From positions 1 through 64,000 of the IMG/VR virus record IMGVR_UViG_3300030060_003910: a stretch of 64,000 bases of DNA. One strand, 5' to 3'. Of this stretch, positions 17,237 through 27,980 are shown piece by piece. This DNA is from a virus. The translations under genes were made by a program, and so were the position numbers. The notes under the pieces were generated by a model. It was not told the DNA's origin. It ran no database searches and saw nothing but the letters and a program-made list of their open reading frames with translations. The stretch's first letter is position 1, and each line of letters begins with the position of its first letter.

Positions 17237-18541
17237 ATGGAATCAATCGTAGCAAAGCGTGAACTCGGTAATGGCCGATGGGATAAAGCCCTAAAGCGTA
17301 AAATGGTTGAATTGTCCGTTGCTGATAACTATGATGAAGCAAAAGAAGAATGGATTGCTACTGGTGAAGTTTGGTGGGCTGGAAACGAAGAAGTTCCTGA
17401 TTGGGTCGCTAATTCACAAATGGGGCAAGGTAAATGTCTTTGTGGACATATTGTAGTTTATCACTTTCAAATCACTAACACCGAAAACGGTATTGTTGAA
17501 TGCGTTGGTAGCGACCACATCAATACTTATCTAATTATGCGAGCAATTGCAGAAGATGAAGGCATTTCAATTAACGCTATCACCGATGAGAAGATTCAAC
17601 AATGGATTGATGTGCGAACTAAGTCAATGAAAGCAGAAGCATGGTGGAAAGCCAACGGTGCTGGATTTGAAATGATGTTTGATTCTGTCAAGGAAATGGA
17701 TTTGTTCTTCAATGTTCGTGATACTAACAAAACCTTTTATGACTCCGAGATTCAAGCATATTCAACTGAAAAGCATATCCGTAAGCGAGCCGAAGGTCAA
17801 TTTGGTAGTCCTGAATATAAGATGGCTTCTATCGTTTGGCGTTGGAATCACCCAGATAATCCAAAGGCTCAAATCAATACGACCGGCTATCCGAATGATA
17901 ACTTGATGAAGGATTTGTCTTTGTTCTATGTAATGCAAGCCCAGTATCTTCCACAATTCAATAAAGCAAAGAAAGCGCGTGAACAGCGTATCTTTGAAAT
18001 TGCAGAAAGAAAGCGACTAGCGGAAGAACGCATGGAACGGGAACGAATTGCCCGTGAAGAACAAGAAGCCGAGCGTTTGCGTATTTACAATCTTCCTGAA
18101 AATGTTGAGAAGCGTCGTCTTCAAGCAATTGAAGAAGAAAAGCGTTTAGCGTCGTTGGCTGAAGCCCGACGACTTGCAGCAATTGAAGACGAAAAGCGCC
18201 GTAAAGCAAGAGCCATTCAAAAACAAATGGAACAGGAGGACACGCTTAAAGATAATAACAGCGAGTTTGAGAATATGTGTGGCTATTATGGTATTCCAGT
18301 ATTTGATGAATCTTATGCAGGTAATGATTGGGAACGAGAGTTTTTGTCAAGTGTTAAGGAACAAATGCTGTCGGGCAAATCAATGTCCGATAGACAACTT
18401 AACACTATGAGAAGGATTCTAACCCAAGAACCAGCAACATCAAAGCAAATTAACTACTTGATTAGTCTTGGCTTTGAAGGTCAAACTGATAATTTATCAA
18501 AAATGCAAGCAAGCAAGTTAATTAGTGAATATATTCAATAG
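17237..18541 (+). CDS. Hypothetical protein (N-terminal Cys/His cluster, central coiled coil)
   Basis: CLCGH...CVGSDH; E/R-rich helix; RBS GGAGG. Confidence 0.7.
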   Translation: MESIVAKRELGNGRWDKALKRKMVELSVADNYDEAKEEWIATGEVWWAGNEEVPDWVANSQMGQGKCLCGHIVVYHFQITNTENGIVECVGSDHINTYLIMRAIAEDEGISINAITDEKIQQWIDVRTKSMKAEAWWKANGAGFEMMFDSVKEMDLFFNVRDTNKTFYDSEIQAYSTEKHIRKRAEGQFGSPEYKMASIVWRWNHPDNPKAQINTTGYPNDNLMKDLSLFYVMQAQYLPQFNKAKKAREQRIFEIAERKRLAEERMERERIAREEQEAERLRIYNLPENVEKRRLQAIEEEKRLASLAEARRLAAIEDEKRRKARAIQKQMEQEDTLKDNNSEFENMCGYYGIPVFDESYAGNDWEREFLSSVKEQMLSGKSMSDRQLNTMRRILTQEPATSKQINYLISLGFEGQTDNLSKMQASKLISEYIQ

Positions 18542-18759
18542 GCGGATGTTGTTATCGGTAGGGGCTTCACAGCCCTGTTGTGTCTAAACCGCCATTGATA
18601 CCGCAGGTTTAAAAGTAAAAATCATCATTAAATCCTCTCTCAGGGCGCAATTTGAAGATGGTTTTCCTGCACCTACTCACGGGGTTTTTCTAGTAAAAAC
18701 GACAATCTTTACCTCACAGAATAGTAGTATTTGCATTCTATGAGTCGTTTATCCCCACC
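18541..18759 (+). ncRNA. Three tandem small structured RNA candidates
   Basis: GGCGG/CCGCC (18541-18593); GCAGG/CCTGC plus ACC (18603-18673); GGGG/CCCC plus ACC (18681-18759) with inner stems AAACGAC/GTCGTTT and CTCACAGAAT/ATTCTATGAG. Confidence 0.4.
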
Positions 18760-19483
18760 TTTTGAGGTTTTATTATGAAATTAATGAAAGATATAATCCC
18801 ACCCGACAAACAACGCTTTTACAAAAAAGAATATCTATTGCGAAGTTGTTGGGCGGAAAAAAATAGAAAAAGAATATTTAAAGAATTAAGGAGTTTAGGA
18901 ATGCCTCCGTATCAAGCATTCCAAATATCAATAAAAAGGATGTATGAAAATGAATGAAGAAATTAAGAAAAGGATGTGGGAATTGCTTGATTATGCGACT
19001 TCTACTTTGAAGCACTATGATGAAGGAGATAACCATTGGAAAGTTACACTTTCTTTGGCTCGCCATGAAGCAAAAGAATTGCTAGAATTGACCGAATCTT
19101 TAGATGAGGAGGAATAAGTATGGATAGTTTTGTTGAAATTAAATACGGAACCATCATCTACAATGACGGGACAATTAGCAAGACCACTATTTACAATTTT
19201 AATACTGTGCAGGGTTTTCGCACATCGTGGGAAAATCGCAGTCAGTTGTCAAAAGCAGAATATCAGGCAAATGTTAGTGAATTAACTATTCAATGCCGAG
19301 AGTTTGTTGATGCTACTGAATACCTTAACTCTTTGGGTGAAGAAGAATGAATCACTATGAAAAAATCGGAAACGAAGTTATGTCAATGAATGTGGCAGAA
19401 ATGGCCGACCTACCGACCTTTGAATTGGTTGGGTTGATTTTGTATCTTCGGTTTAAACTGCGGGCATTTATGGGGGAACAACA

Positions 19484-20170
19484 ATGAATATATTTGCACT
19501 ATCACGAAGTCCAGCACAGGCGGCCAAAGAAATGATTGACAAACATATTGTCAAGATGCCGACTGAAACCTGTCAAATGTTGCATACTAATATTCTTTAC
19601 ATGCAATATGTTCAAGAACACGGTGAAGAACCTCAATTGAAAGACCTTAAGGCTTTTCACCTCGCCACCGAGTCGGAATTGATGAAGCCAGCCATGCTAA
19701 ATCACCCCTCAACCATTTGGGCGAGGCAATCTTTGGCTAACTTTGACTGGCTTTTAATGCATGGTGTGTTTCTTTGTTCTGAATACACTTATCGTTATGA
19801 GAAAACACATGGAACCGAGCATAGAATCGTTGATTGCGGTTCATACCGTGAATTGATTATTAATCACAATTATCCTTTAGATGAACTAACACCCGTTTCA
19901 ATTGCTATGGACGACAAGTATCGTATTGATAGATATGAGTTTTACAACACATCAAGAGTTCAATTTGGCATTGAAACCGATGAATGGGACTTTGTAATTG
20001 AGTCGTATCGCCACTATTATCTTGAAGGCAAGTGGCGTTTTGCCGAATGGCGTAAGAATCGTCGTCCTGATTGGTTTCCTGCCGACCACTACGCAAAGAA
20101 ATATAATGTAGGTGTTCGTGCCTATAATGCCCGTAATCCACGATACCCACAACAACTAATGGAGGAATAA
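19484..20170 (+). CDS. Pyrimidine-dimer DNA glycosylase-like (DenV-related) protein
   Basis: MNIF.L...DKHIVKM..E..QML and NHPSTIW motifs. Confidence 0.75.
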   Translation: MNIFALSRSPAQAAKEMIDKHIVKMPTETCQMLHTNILYMQYVQEHGEEPQLKDLKAFHLATESELMKPAMLNHPSTIWARQSLANFDWLLMHGVFLCSEYTYRYEKTHGTEHRIVDCGSYRELIINHNYPLDELTPVSIAMDDKYRIDRYEFYNTSRVQFGIETDEWDFVIESYRHYYLEGKWRFAEWRKNRRPDWFPADHYAKKYNVGVRAYNARNPRYPQQLMEE

Positions 20171-20172
20171 AA

Positions 20173-20424
20173 ATGTATAGTGATATTGAAATGACAATGC
20201 TTGAGTCTCTCAAGAAAGAATTTGGAGAGACTTACGAAGCATTAGAAGAAGTAATCGTGATGGATAAATTGCGTATTGCTCAAGAATTGTATAACAAAAC
20301 AGTTGATGATTATCGTGGAAACCAATCAGCCAAAAACTACAATATGCTGGTGGTTGCTATGGTTTGTCTCCAATATTGGGGTCAAAAGAAAGTCAAACTG
20401 TTTTCTCTTACGGAGGACTTTTGA
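20173..20424 (+). CDS. Hypothetical protein
   Basis: 83 aa, RBS GGAGG. Confidence 0.55.
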   Translation: MYSDIEMTMLESLKKEFGETYEALEEVIVMDKLRIAQELYNKTVDDYRGNQSAKNYNMLVVAMVCLQYWGQKKVKLFSLTEDF

Positions 20425-20727
20425 ATGAAATGTGAAAAATGTGAAGGAACGGGATGGTATAAAGTCCCAAATCATCGTCTTGAAATTATGGAGAATGTTG
20501 AATGTATGGATTGTTTAGCACATGAACACTTCAAAGACCACTTGAAAGACGAATTATCTCGCTTGTTAATCAACACAAGTCCACAAAAACTGGCACAAAT
20601 TGTAGCACAGTTAGTCGTTAATTCGGTGGATAGAAACGAGAATGACGATATTCAGCGCATTGAGGGCATGATTCATACGAAGAATGTTTTGAACGCGCTC
20701 ACGCTTGCAGAAGCGTATTCACAGTAG
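20425..20727 (+). CDS. Zn-finger protein (DnaJ-like CxxCxGxG)
   Basis: CEKCEGTG...CMDC. Confidence 0.6.
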   Translation: MKCEKCEGTGWYKVPNHRLEIMENVECMDCLAHEHFKDHLKDELSRLLINTSPQKLAQIVAQLVVNSVDRNENDDIQRIEGMIHTKNVLNALTLAEAYSQ

Positions 20728-20740
20728 GAATGGCTCACAT

Positions 20741-20816
20741 GGGCGTATGGTGTAATAGGATAGCATTCTGGCCTTCTAAGCCGGAGATTCGGGTTCAAAT
20801 CCTGATACGCCCGCCA
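20741..20816 (+). tRNA. trnR: tRNA-Arg (UCU)
   Basis: GGGCGTA/TACGCCC acceptor, anticodon loop CTTCTAA, GGTTCAAATCC, encoded CCA. Confidence 0.93.
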
Positions 20817-20929
20817 TTTCTTTTGTATGACCAACTTTTTGGGAACGACGGCCTCGGATTTTGGGTTCTTTATATACTCTCATCCGATGCTCGTTTCACC
20901 CTGAAGTAAATAAATAAAGAGGAAGAAAT

Positions 20930-21301
20930 ATGCACACAGAACAAGAAACAATACAAACCGTGTTGCTCAATGTAATGTTGAACAATGACGGTGCGACAAC
21001 AGAAGAATTAAAAAATGCTTTGATTCATGCTCAGTTGATTAAACCAACAGAGGAATCAATGCATAATACGATTAGAGCAGGTATGATTGCTTTAAGAAGG
21101 AGATTCAAAAAACAATTTAGAATTGAATTGTTGAGAACCAATCCAGCAATCAACCAAAAGAGATACACTCCAACAACAGAAGCATACTTATTTTGTATGG
21201 ATAATCTTTTAGAAGAGATGTATGACGAGGACGGAAACCAAGTTGGATATTATTTTCAACACCCAATAGCAATAAGTAAAGAGAGGATTGATTTAATATG
21301 A
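20930..21301 (+). CDS. Putative winged-helix DNA-binding protein
   Basis: 123 aa; upstream GGGTTCTTTATATAC promoter variant at 20863. Confidence 0.5.
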   Translation: MHTEQETIQTVLLNVMLNNDGATTEELKNALIHAQLIKPTEESMHNTIRAGMIALRRRFKKQFRIELLRTNPAINQKRYTPTTEAYLFCMDNLLEEMYDEDGNQVGYYFQHPIAISKERIDLI

Positions 21302-21546
21302 TACCAAAAACACCAAATGTAGAATTTAGAATAATTGACGCAGAAGATATGCCACCAATGGTTATATCACAGAATGAAAATGATGAGCCAAAGGTAGTGA
21401 TTAATACTTATCACCGACTTTGGTTAAGTCTTAACCGACGATTGATTGCAGGTATCATTGATGCTTTGCCTGAAAAACTAGATATGATTTTGTCTTCATA
21501 TCTTAGGGAACAACGAAACTTTGAAAAAATGGACAGGGAGGAATAA
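21298..21546 (+). CDS. Hypothetical protein
   Basis: 82 aa, coupled to neighbours. Confidence 0.55.
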   Translation: MIPKTPNVEFRIIDAEDMPPMVISQNENDEPKVVINTYHRLWLSLNRRLIAGIIDALPEKLDMILSSYLREQRNFEKMDREE

Positions 21547-21548
21547 AT

Positions 21549-21974
21549 ATGGCTAGTGGAATACACAAAGAATGCAGAATGTGTAAAATAACATTTGTTA
21601 CGAGAACAATTTCTTCTGCCAAGTGGCAAAATTATTGTGATGGATGTCAAATTACAAGAAAAAGAGAACAGCACATTCACCGAACTCAATCAAAGATTGA
21701 GAACCTTGAAGACTCTCTTCGCTCAGAAATGAAAACTTTGAGCAATAAAGTGTCAGATATTGATGTTCTAATCTCAGCAGAGATTAGTAATGCTTTATCC
21801 ACACTTACAAATAATGATTTGTATGAGGCTTTAATGGCTTCCATACAAAAACAAATTGATGCATTCGTGTCTCAAATTGAGACTGATAACAAAAAATTTA
21901 GAGAAAAGATTCAAAAACAATTACTTACTATGAACAACAAATTGGTAAAAATTATGAAGGAGATGGAAAAATGA
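21549..21974 (+). CDS. Zn-finger plus coiled-coil protein
   Basis: CRMC...YCDGC followed by heptads. Confidence 0.6.
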   Translation: MASGIHKECRMCKITFVTRTISSAKWQNYCDGCQITRKREQHIHRTQSKIENLEDSLRSEMKTLSNKVSDIDVLISAEISNALSTLTNNDLYEALMASIQKQIDAFVSQIETDNKKFREKIQKQLLTMNNKLVKIMKEMEK

Positions 21975-22086
21975 TTAAAACATTGGCAAAGATTGCATTT
22001 TGGGGAACATTCGGCGTAGCAACGGGTCTTGTGGGTATTGGCTTACTTGCCGCCCTTGACGATGCGGATTACCCTTTGGAGTAGGT

Positions 22087-22101
22087 GGACTCCTTTATAT
22101 A
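22087..22101 (+). promoter_or_regulatory. Promoter GGACTCCTTTATATA driving the ubiquitin-like gene
   Basis: Exact copy of the 14104 motif, about 40 bp before 22140. Confidence 0.75.
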
Positions 22102-22139
22102 CTTTGGAAGAGTAGAGAAAACACAACGGAGATGAAAAT

Positions 22140-22346
22140 ATGATTAAGTTGAGAATTATGAACGAAACTGGACACACAGAAGTTGTCCTTGCAGAAAGCG
22201 AAGTTATTGACCAAATTGACCAGCACCCGACTCATTGGGTGTTTATTGATGGTGAAATGGTTGCGAGAGAATCTATTGGAGAGATTAACTGGGACACAGT
22301 TCAATCGGTGGATTTGACTCCTGCTATTGTTGGAGGAAGTTATTGA
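22140..22346 (+). CDS. Ubiquitin-like (beta-grasp, ThiS/MoaD/SAMP-type) protein with GG-SY tail
   Basis: 68 aa, VFIDGE and VDLTPAIVGG followed by SY. Confidence 0.8.
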   Translation: MIKLRIMNETGHTEVVLAESEVIDQIDQHPTHWVFIDGEMVARESIGEINWDTVQSVDLTPAIVGGSY

Positions 22347-22381
22347 GATTAATTTCTCTTAACTCTTCCAAACCACCATTC

Positions 22382-22426
22382 GGGGGTAGCGTAGGATTTA
22401 ATCCATCCTGCGCTATCCCCTTTTTT
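22382..22426 (+). terminator. Hairpin plus T-run terminator
   Basis: GGGGGTAGCGTAGGAT/ATCCTGCGCTATCCCC followed by TTTTTT. Confidence 0.7.
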
Positions 22427-22428
22427 GG

Positions 22429-22812
22429 GTGATGACACCCGATTTGATAAATTTTATCAATCAAAATGGATTAAAAATAATGCTAGACCTCAAAGGATGG
22501 ACTTATTCCTCCGCTATTGAGATAAATGGTTTAGCAGTAGTCAAACCCGATTTTTACCCACCCCGTCATGTCCTCGCTATGGGCAAGAGGGGCTACATTT
22601 ATTGCGACGGGCAGACTCGGATAGATTACGCAGGGCAAGTGTTTTCATCAACAGATGAATTACTCAATACCTGCGGAGAAGAAGCAATTCTTCATTTTAA
22701 GGATTGGGTATTCCTTGAAGAAAAAGAATGGGTGATAACTGATGGTAGCCGTTGGTTAGCCTCATTCTCAAATCTTTCAGAATTACCTAAAAGAAGTAAA
22801 TATAGGTGTTAA
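22429..22812 (+). CDS. Hypothetical protein
   Basis: 127 aa. Confidence 0.55.
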   Translation: MMTPDLINFINQNGLKIMLDLKGWTYSSAIEINGLAVVKPDFYPPRHVLAMGKRGYIYCDGQTRIDYAGQVFSSTDELLNTCGEEAILHFKDWVFLEEKEWVITDGSRWLASFSNLSELPKRSKYRC

Positions 22813-22814
22813 AT

Positions 22815-24680
22815 ATGACTCAAGCCCCAAACAAAAAGATTTTATCAGATATTACTGTTCACATGAAATATGCAAAATACAACCCAGAATTACTCCGAAG
22901 AGAATCGTGGGATGAAATTGTTGAAAGAAATATGCAAATGCACATCAAAACCTATCCTCAATTAGAAGAGGATATTCGTGATGTTTATACTCACTTTGTC
23001 AAAACCAAGAAAGTTTTGCCTTCTATGCGCTCAATGCAATTTGGCGGTAAGCCAATTGAAATTAGCCCAAACCGTGTCTATAATTGTGCTTATATGCCAA
23101 TTGATACTCATGTTGCTTTTAGTGAAGCCATGTTTCTTTTGTTAGGAGGAACAGGCGTTGGATATTCTGTTCAGAGACATCATGTAGAATTAATGTCTGC
23201 TATTCAGCATCCCAATCCAAATCGCCAACGACGCTATTTGGTGAATGATTCAATAGAGGGCTGGGCTGATGCAGTAAAGATTCTAATGGAATGCTATTCT
23301 GGTATTAGAACATCTACACCTACATTTGATTATTCTGATATTAGACCAAAAGGTTCTCTTTTGAAAACTTCTGGTGGAAAAGCACCCGGCCCACAACCAT
23401 TGAGAGAATGTCTCGTTAAAATTGAAGGTATGCTTCAAAACATTCCTAATGGTTCTATGTTGAAACCAATTCAAGCACACGATATTATGTGTCATATTGC
23501 AGATGCAGTTCTTAGTGGCGGTATTCGTCGTGCGGCTATGATTAGCCTATTTTCAGCAGACGACCATGAAATGATTGCTTGTAAATCTGGTAATTGGTGG
23601 GAAAACAATCCACAAAGAGGTAGAGCAAACAATTCAGCAGTTCTTTTGCGACACCGAGTAACAAAAGAATTCTTTATGGATTTGTGGAATAGAATTAAAG
23701 CATCTGGTTCTGGAGAGCCGGGCATTTACTTCAACAATGATAAAGACTGGGGAACAAACCCCTGTTGTGAAATTGCGCTCCGACCATATCAATTCTGCAA
23801 TCTAACCGAGGTTAATGCTTCAGATATTACAGACCAAGCAGATTTAGAATCAAGAGTTTCTGCCGCCGCTTTCCTCGGAACACTTCAAGCGGGTTATACT
23901 GATTTCCATTATCTTCGTGAAGTATGGCGTAAAGCAACAGAAAAGGATGCTTTGCTCGGTGTTTCCATGACAGGTATTGCTTCAAATGTTGTTGAACATT
24001 TGGATTTAGAAATGGCCGCTTATGAAGTTAAGAAAGAGAATGAGCGTGTTGCTAAAGAAATCGGTATCAATCCAGCATCAAGAACAACCTGCGTTAAACC
24101 TGCTGGAACCACTTCTCTTGTTTTAGGGACTTCTTCAGGAATCCACGCATATCACGATGAGTATTACATTCGCCGTTTGCGTGTTGGTAAGAATGAGGCA
24201 ATCTATGGTTATCTCGCAAACAATCATCCCGAATTGGTTGAGGATGAGTTCTTTAACCCGCACGAACAGGCAGTTATTTCAGTTCCTCAAAAAGCACCCG
24301 AAAGGGCAATTACACGCCACGAATCAGTATTTGATTTGTTAGAGCGAGTCAAAAACTTTAGTATTCGTTGGGTTCGTGCAGGACACAATGATGGCCTGAA
24401 TACTCACAATGTTTCCGCTACAATTTCTATCAAAGAAGATGAATGGGAAACCGTAGCCGATTGGATGTGGTTAAACCGGCATTATTATAACGGTCTTTCT
24501 GTTCTCCCATATGACGGAGGAACATATACTCAAGCACCTTTTGAAACCTGTGATAAACAAACCTATGATAAATTGACTGAGGCACTTCAAGATGTTGATT
24601 TAACAATGGTTCAAGAATTACAGGATGATACAGACCTCTCAGGTGAATTAGCCTGTGCTGGCGGTGCTTGCGAAATTTAA
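22815..24680 (+). CDS. nrdJ: Class II (B12-dependent) ribonucleotide reductase
   Basis: YNCAY, GGIRRAA, GTNPCCEI, FCNLTE, TTCVKPAGT and C-terminal CAGGACEI; no small subunit seen. Confidence 0.88.
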   Translation: MTQAPNKKILSDITVHMKYAKYNPELLRRESWDEIVERNMQMHIKTYPQLEEDIRDVYTHFVKTKKVLPSMRSMQFGGKPIEISPNRVYNCAYMPIDTHVAFSEAMFLLLGGTGVGYSVQRHHVELMSAIQHPNPNRQRRYLVNDSIEGWADAVKILMECYSGIRTSTPTFDYSDIRPKGSLLKTSGGKAPGPQPLRECLVKIEGMLQNIPNGSMLKPIQAHDIMCHIADAVLSGGIRRAAMISLFSADDHEMIACKSGNWWENNPQRGRANNSAVLLRHRVTKEFFMDLWNRIKASGSGEPGIYFNNDKDWGTNPCCEIALRPYQFCNLTEVNASDITDQADLESRVSAAAFLGTLQAGYTDFHYLREVWRKATEKDALLGVSMTGIASNVVEHLDLEMAAYEVKKENERVAKEIGINPASRTTCVKPAGTTSLVLGTSSGIHAYHDEYYIRRLRVGKNEAIYGYLANNHPELVEDEFFNPHEQAVISVPQKAPERAITRHESVFDLLERVKNFSIRWVRAGHNDGLNTHNVSATISIKEDEWETVADWMWLNRHYYNGLSVLPYDGGTYTQAPFETCDKQTYDKLTEALQDVDLTMVQELQDDTDLSGELACAGGACEI

Positions 24681-24689
24681 GGTGATTAA

Positions 24690-25064
24690 ATGAAACTCTC
24701 CAAAATTTCTAATTTTGAAGAGTATTTAGATGTAATAACAATAATGGCTAGAGATTTATCCGATGAATCTTTGCATAGAATAGGTATGGCAATCAATGTC
24801 TGTGATTCCTACATGGATGAGCAGGAAAAAATATATAGGCTAAATACCACTCTCAAAAAATGTCTCTGGGAATATGAAGAAGCAATCAACATGGGCTTTC
24901 ATAAATTCATAATCAAACAGACAGGTAAAATTAAAGAATTACTTAACTACCACCACTACAATTGTGAAGGAAAATCATGTGATGTTTGTAATATATTAAA
25001 AGAAACTAAAATAAAAATGGTGATTAATAATGAAAGAAAAGAACCCAGAATATATTCTCAATAA
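24690..25064 (+). CDS. Hypothetical protein
   Basis: 124 aa, C-terminal Cys/His cluster. Confidence 0.5.
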   Translation: MKLSKISNFEEYLDVITIMARDLSDESLHRIGMAINVCDSYMDEQEKIYRLNTTLKKCLWEYEEAINMGFHKFIIKQTGKIKELLNYHHYNCEGKSCDVCNILKETKIKMVINNERKEPRIYSQ

Positions 25065-25195
25065 GAGAAGCAATAAACCAATAGCCACACGCTGTCGTGT
25101 GTGCGGTGGGCAACTTTTGTTAGCCCATGAAATCAAAAATGAAATCCATGATAAGTGTGATAATGATGATAAAAATGTATATATGATGTGATATA

Positions 25196-26353
25196 ATGAA
25201 ACTAAGAATTAAAAAACCAAATGATAGTAATGATTATTTTGAAACAAACATTACTTGTGCTACCTATGCTTTTAGGGACATTATGACAGTTGGTTATCTA
25301 CGAAATGCTAAAGACCCAATCCAAGCAGGATTAGAAGCCTTTTGGAAAGATATTATTTCTCCTAGAAAATCAAGGAGAACCTATTATAATGGCTTTGGAT
25401 ATAACTTTCATCATATTGTTTTTATTGAAGGTTGCCCTATCGTTCTTTCAAGAGAAGGCATTCGTTATCAATTGAATGGTAAGTCTTACAGCCTTGCTAC
25501 TATTTGTTCAGCACTATCAAGGATTACCTATAAATCATGTTTTGAGAAGAAGCCAGAGGCTTTGTTGTCTGCTTTGTATTCTACACTCAATTTGCCAGAA
25601 AATGTTAAGTATTGTATTGAAAATCGTGCACCATTTCATTTCTTCCAAGACTTTGAAAAGCAAGATGTTCGTTTGAATGTGGTTCAAATTGATGATAAGA
25701 TGCTTGCTATGGAAATTAGCGATGGTGTTTGGGGTGAAATAACTCCTAAGCAACTAGACTCTTACTGTAATTTTTATGTTCATGGTAAGCGCAGAGGCTC
25801 ATGGAAGTATCTTTCTCCTAAATCCCTATATACTAGGTTGATGGGTCGTGAACCAACGGAGGCTGAATTGAAAGTGATGGTTGCCTTTTTGATGCAGAAC
25901 AGAATGCAAGACATTGTGGACGCAAGAGCATTAGAATTGGTGGCTGATATGTTGATTCAACATAAAGGCCGACTATCTGCTGAGTATGACAATGATGGAG
26001 TATTGACTGACCTTTTCGTTAGAGGCAAGGATTATGACTGGCGATTGACAAATAATCGCTATAAGTCTGGTATTCAAATGGTTTCAACCTATGTCTGGCA
26101 ACCAGTCGTAGAAGCCATTAAGAGCAAAGACGACCTTAACGAAATCATTGATAAAAAATTATCCGAACCAGATTGGCGTGGCCCGATTTGTATTGATAAT
26201 ATGGCTGATGGTTCTCCATTGGGCGACCAATTCGCCGCAAGAGCATTAGCCCTTCTTAACGACTCTTTTACAATAACAATAGTGAATACGATTAAGCGGT
26301 ATCTTGCCGCCGAACCAAATGAATATAGGATTGATAATAATGATTTGCGATGA
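25196..26353 (+). CDS. Hypothetical protein; C-terminal region is a candidate divergent E2-like domain
   Basis: 385 aa; WRGPICID resembles the G-x-I-C-L active-site segment of E2 enzymes (inference). Confidence 0.4.
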   Translation: MKLRIKKPNDSNDYFETNITCATYAFRDIMTVGYLRNAKDPIQAGLEAFWKDIISPRKSRRTYYNGFGYNFHHIVFIEGCPIVLSREGIRYQLNGKSYSLATICSALSRITYKSCFEKKPEALLSALYSTLNLPENVKYCIENRAPFHFFQDFEKQDVRLNVVQIDDKMLAMEISDGVWGEITPKQLDSYCNFYVHGKRRGSWKYLSPKSLYTRLMGREPTEAELKVMVAFLMQNRMQDIVDARALELVADMLIQHKGRLSAEYDNDGVLTDLFVRGKDYDWRLTNNRYKSGIQMVSTYVWQPVVEAIKSKDDLNEIIDKKLSEPDWRGPICIDNMADGSPLGDQFAARALALLNDSFTITIVNTIKRYLAAEPNEYRIDNNDLR

Positions 26354-27197
26354 ATGTGGTAGTAATGATAACTCATTTGATGAGATACAAGGCGAAAGAG
26401 TTTGTAATAACTGTGGACTTATCTTAGTCCAAGAGATGTTTGAAGAAACCGTTCATATTTTAGATACGGGCGGAAACCTCAAACATTCTGCTGATAAAGG
26501 CAGATTAGGTTCTGTTATCACAGGTAAAGGTTCTTACAAATTCAATAAGTTCGGTAAGAATAGCGTGATTCCTCAACATATTCAAAATGCTTTAATGCAT
26601 TGTAATATGATTTTGGCTCATGTTGCTCCAGATTTGGGGCTAAACGAGCGTGTTGAGAAACTGTATCTTGATTTACATAACAAAGGCATATTTGGAAGAA
26701 GTCAAATTGAAGCAAGAGCAACGGCTGTTATCTTTTATGCTTTGAGAGAAAACGGAACACCTCATACCTTTGCAGAAGTTTCTGCTGAATTTGATGCTAA
26801 TTTAAAATCAGTTAAGAGATTAGTTAGAAAGATTAATCAAGTCTTTAGAAACAAAGCAGGATACAATCCTGTTAATCCACAGTATCTGTTAGAGAAAACT
26901 CTCAACGACATTACCGATGATTTAGTCTTTAGACGACAAACTATCAAAGTGTTGGAGTTCTTTGAAACAAAAGTAGCGCAGAATACCTTCAACAAAGGAA
27001 GGTCATATTATGCGTCTATCATTTGGATTTCAGCAAACATGAATGTGAACACGATGATAACTCAAAATCTAATCACAAAGAAAACGGGGTTCTCTCGTTT
27101 CAATATTAGGAGACAAACAAAAGCAATTCTATCTATGATTGGTTTAGAACTAGCCAGCCAAGTAAAGGGAAAACAATTAAGTGAATTAGGTGAATAA
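26340..27197 (+). CDS. tfb: Transcription initiation factor TFIIB/TFB homolog
   Basis: N-terminal Zn ribbon CDECGS...GERVCNNCGL and two cyclin-like repeats (GRS...A.VIFYALR; GRS..ASIIWIS). Confidence 0.85.
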   Translation: MICDECGSNDNSFDEIQGERVCNNCGLILVQEMFEETVHILDTGGNLKHSADKGRLGSVITGKGSYKFNKFGKNSVIPQHIQNALMHCNMILAHVAPDLGLNERVEKLYLDLHNKGIFGRSQIEARATAVIFYALRENGTPHTFAEVSAEFDANLKSVKRLVRKINQVFRNKAGYNPVNPQYLLEKTLNDITDDLVFRRQTIKVLEFFETKVAQNTFNKGRSYYASIIWISANMNVNTMITQNLITKKTGFSRFNIRRQTKAILSMIGLELASQVKGKQLSELGE

Positions 27198-27522
27198 TAT
27201 GTTTGAAAAAGAATGGAATAAAATAGCAAAAAAAGTATATAAGAACGCAGTTAATCACGGGTTTTGGAAAGAAACCCCGAATGATGGTGAACGCATGGCT
27301 TTAATCCATGCTGAAATTAGTGAAGCACTTGAGGCTTTGCGTGATGGAAACCCATCATCTTCAAAGATTATTGAGTTCAGTAATCTTGAAGAAGAATTAG
27401 CCGATGCAGTAATTCGTATTATGGATTATGCTTTTGGCAAAGATTTAGATATTGCAGGAGCAATTCTAGCAAAAATAGAATATAATGAAAGCCGTGAATT
27501 TATGCATGGTAAATCGTTTTGA
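27190..27522 (+). CDS. MazG-like NTP pyrophosphohydrolase
   Basis: LIHAEISEALEA...EEELADAVIRIMD. Confidence 0.85.
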   Translation: MNNMFEKEWNKIAKKVYKNAVNHGFWKETPNDGERMALIHAEISEALEALRDGNPSSSKIIEFSNLEEELADAVIRIMDYAFGKDLDIAGAILAKIEYNESREFMHGKSF

Positions 27523-27980
27523 GGTGAATATAATGGTTGTTTTTGGCATTAAAAAAGGAACAGGCAGAACCTATTGCAGATTATGTAGAGAAACTATACA
27601 AAATGGACAGCCCACTATTTATGTTAGCGGCTACCGAACAAGTGGGCAGATTCACGCCCTAACAGAACATTGTTTCTATCTTAGAGAAACATTAGAAAAA
27701 ATAAAGGAGGAATAAATATGAATGAATTTAATAAAAAGAAAGAAAGATTAATTATGGGATATAATCTTTATATTGAGGATTATGAATCAGACATTACATT
27801 TGAAGAATTTTTGATTTTACGCATTTTGAATCAAGAAGATGAAATTGACGCACTTATGAAGGAGTTAATAAAATATAATCCCCCGTATTTAGAAGAGGTT
27901 GATGAAGCAGTTGAAGAAATTTTAGACACTCTTAAAAAACAAGATAAAGAAGCGGAAGAAAAATTTAAGGAGGAATATCA

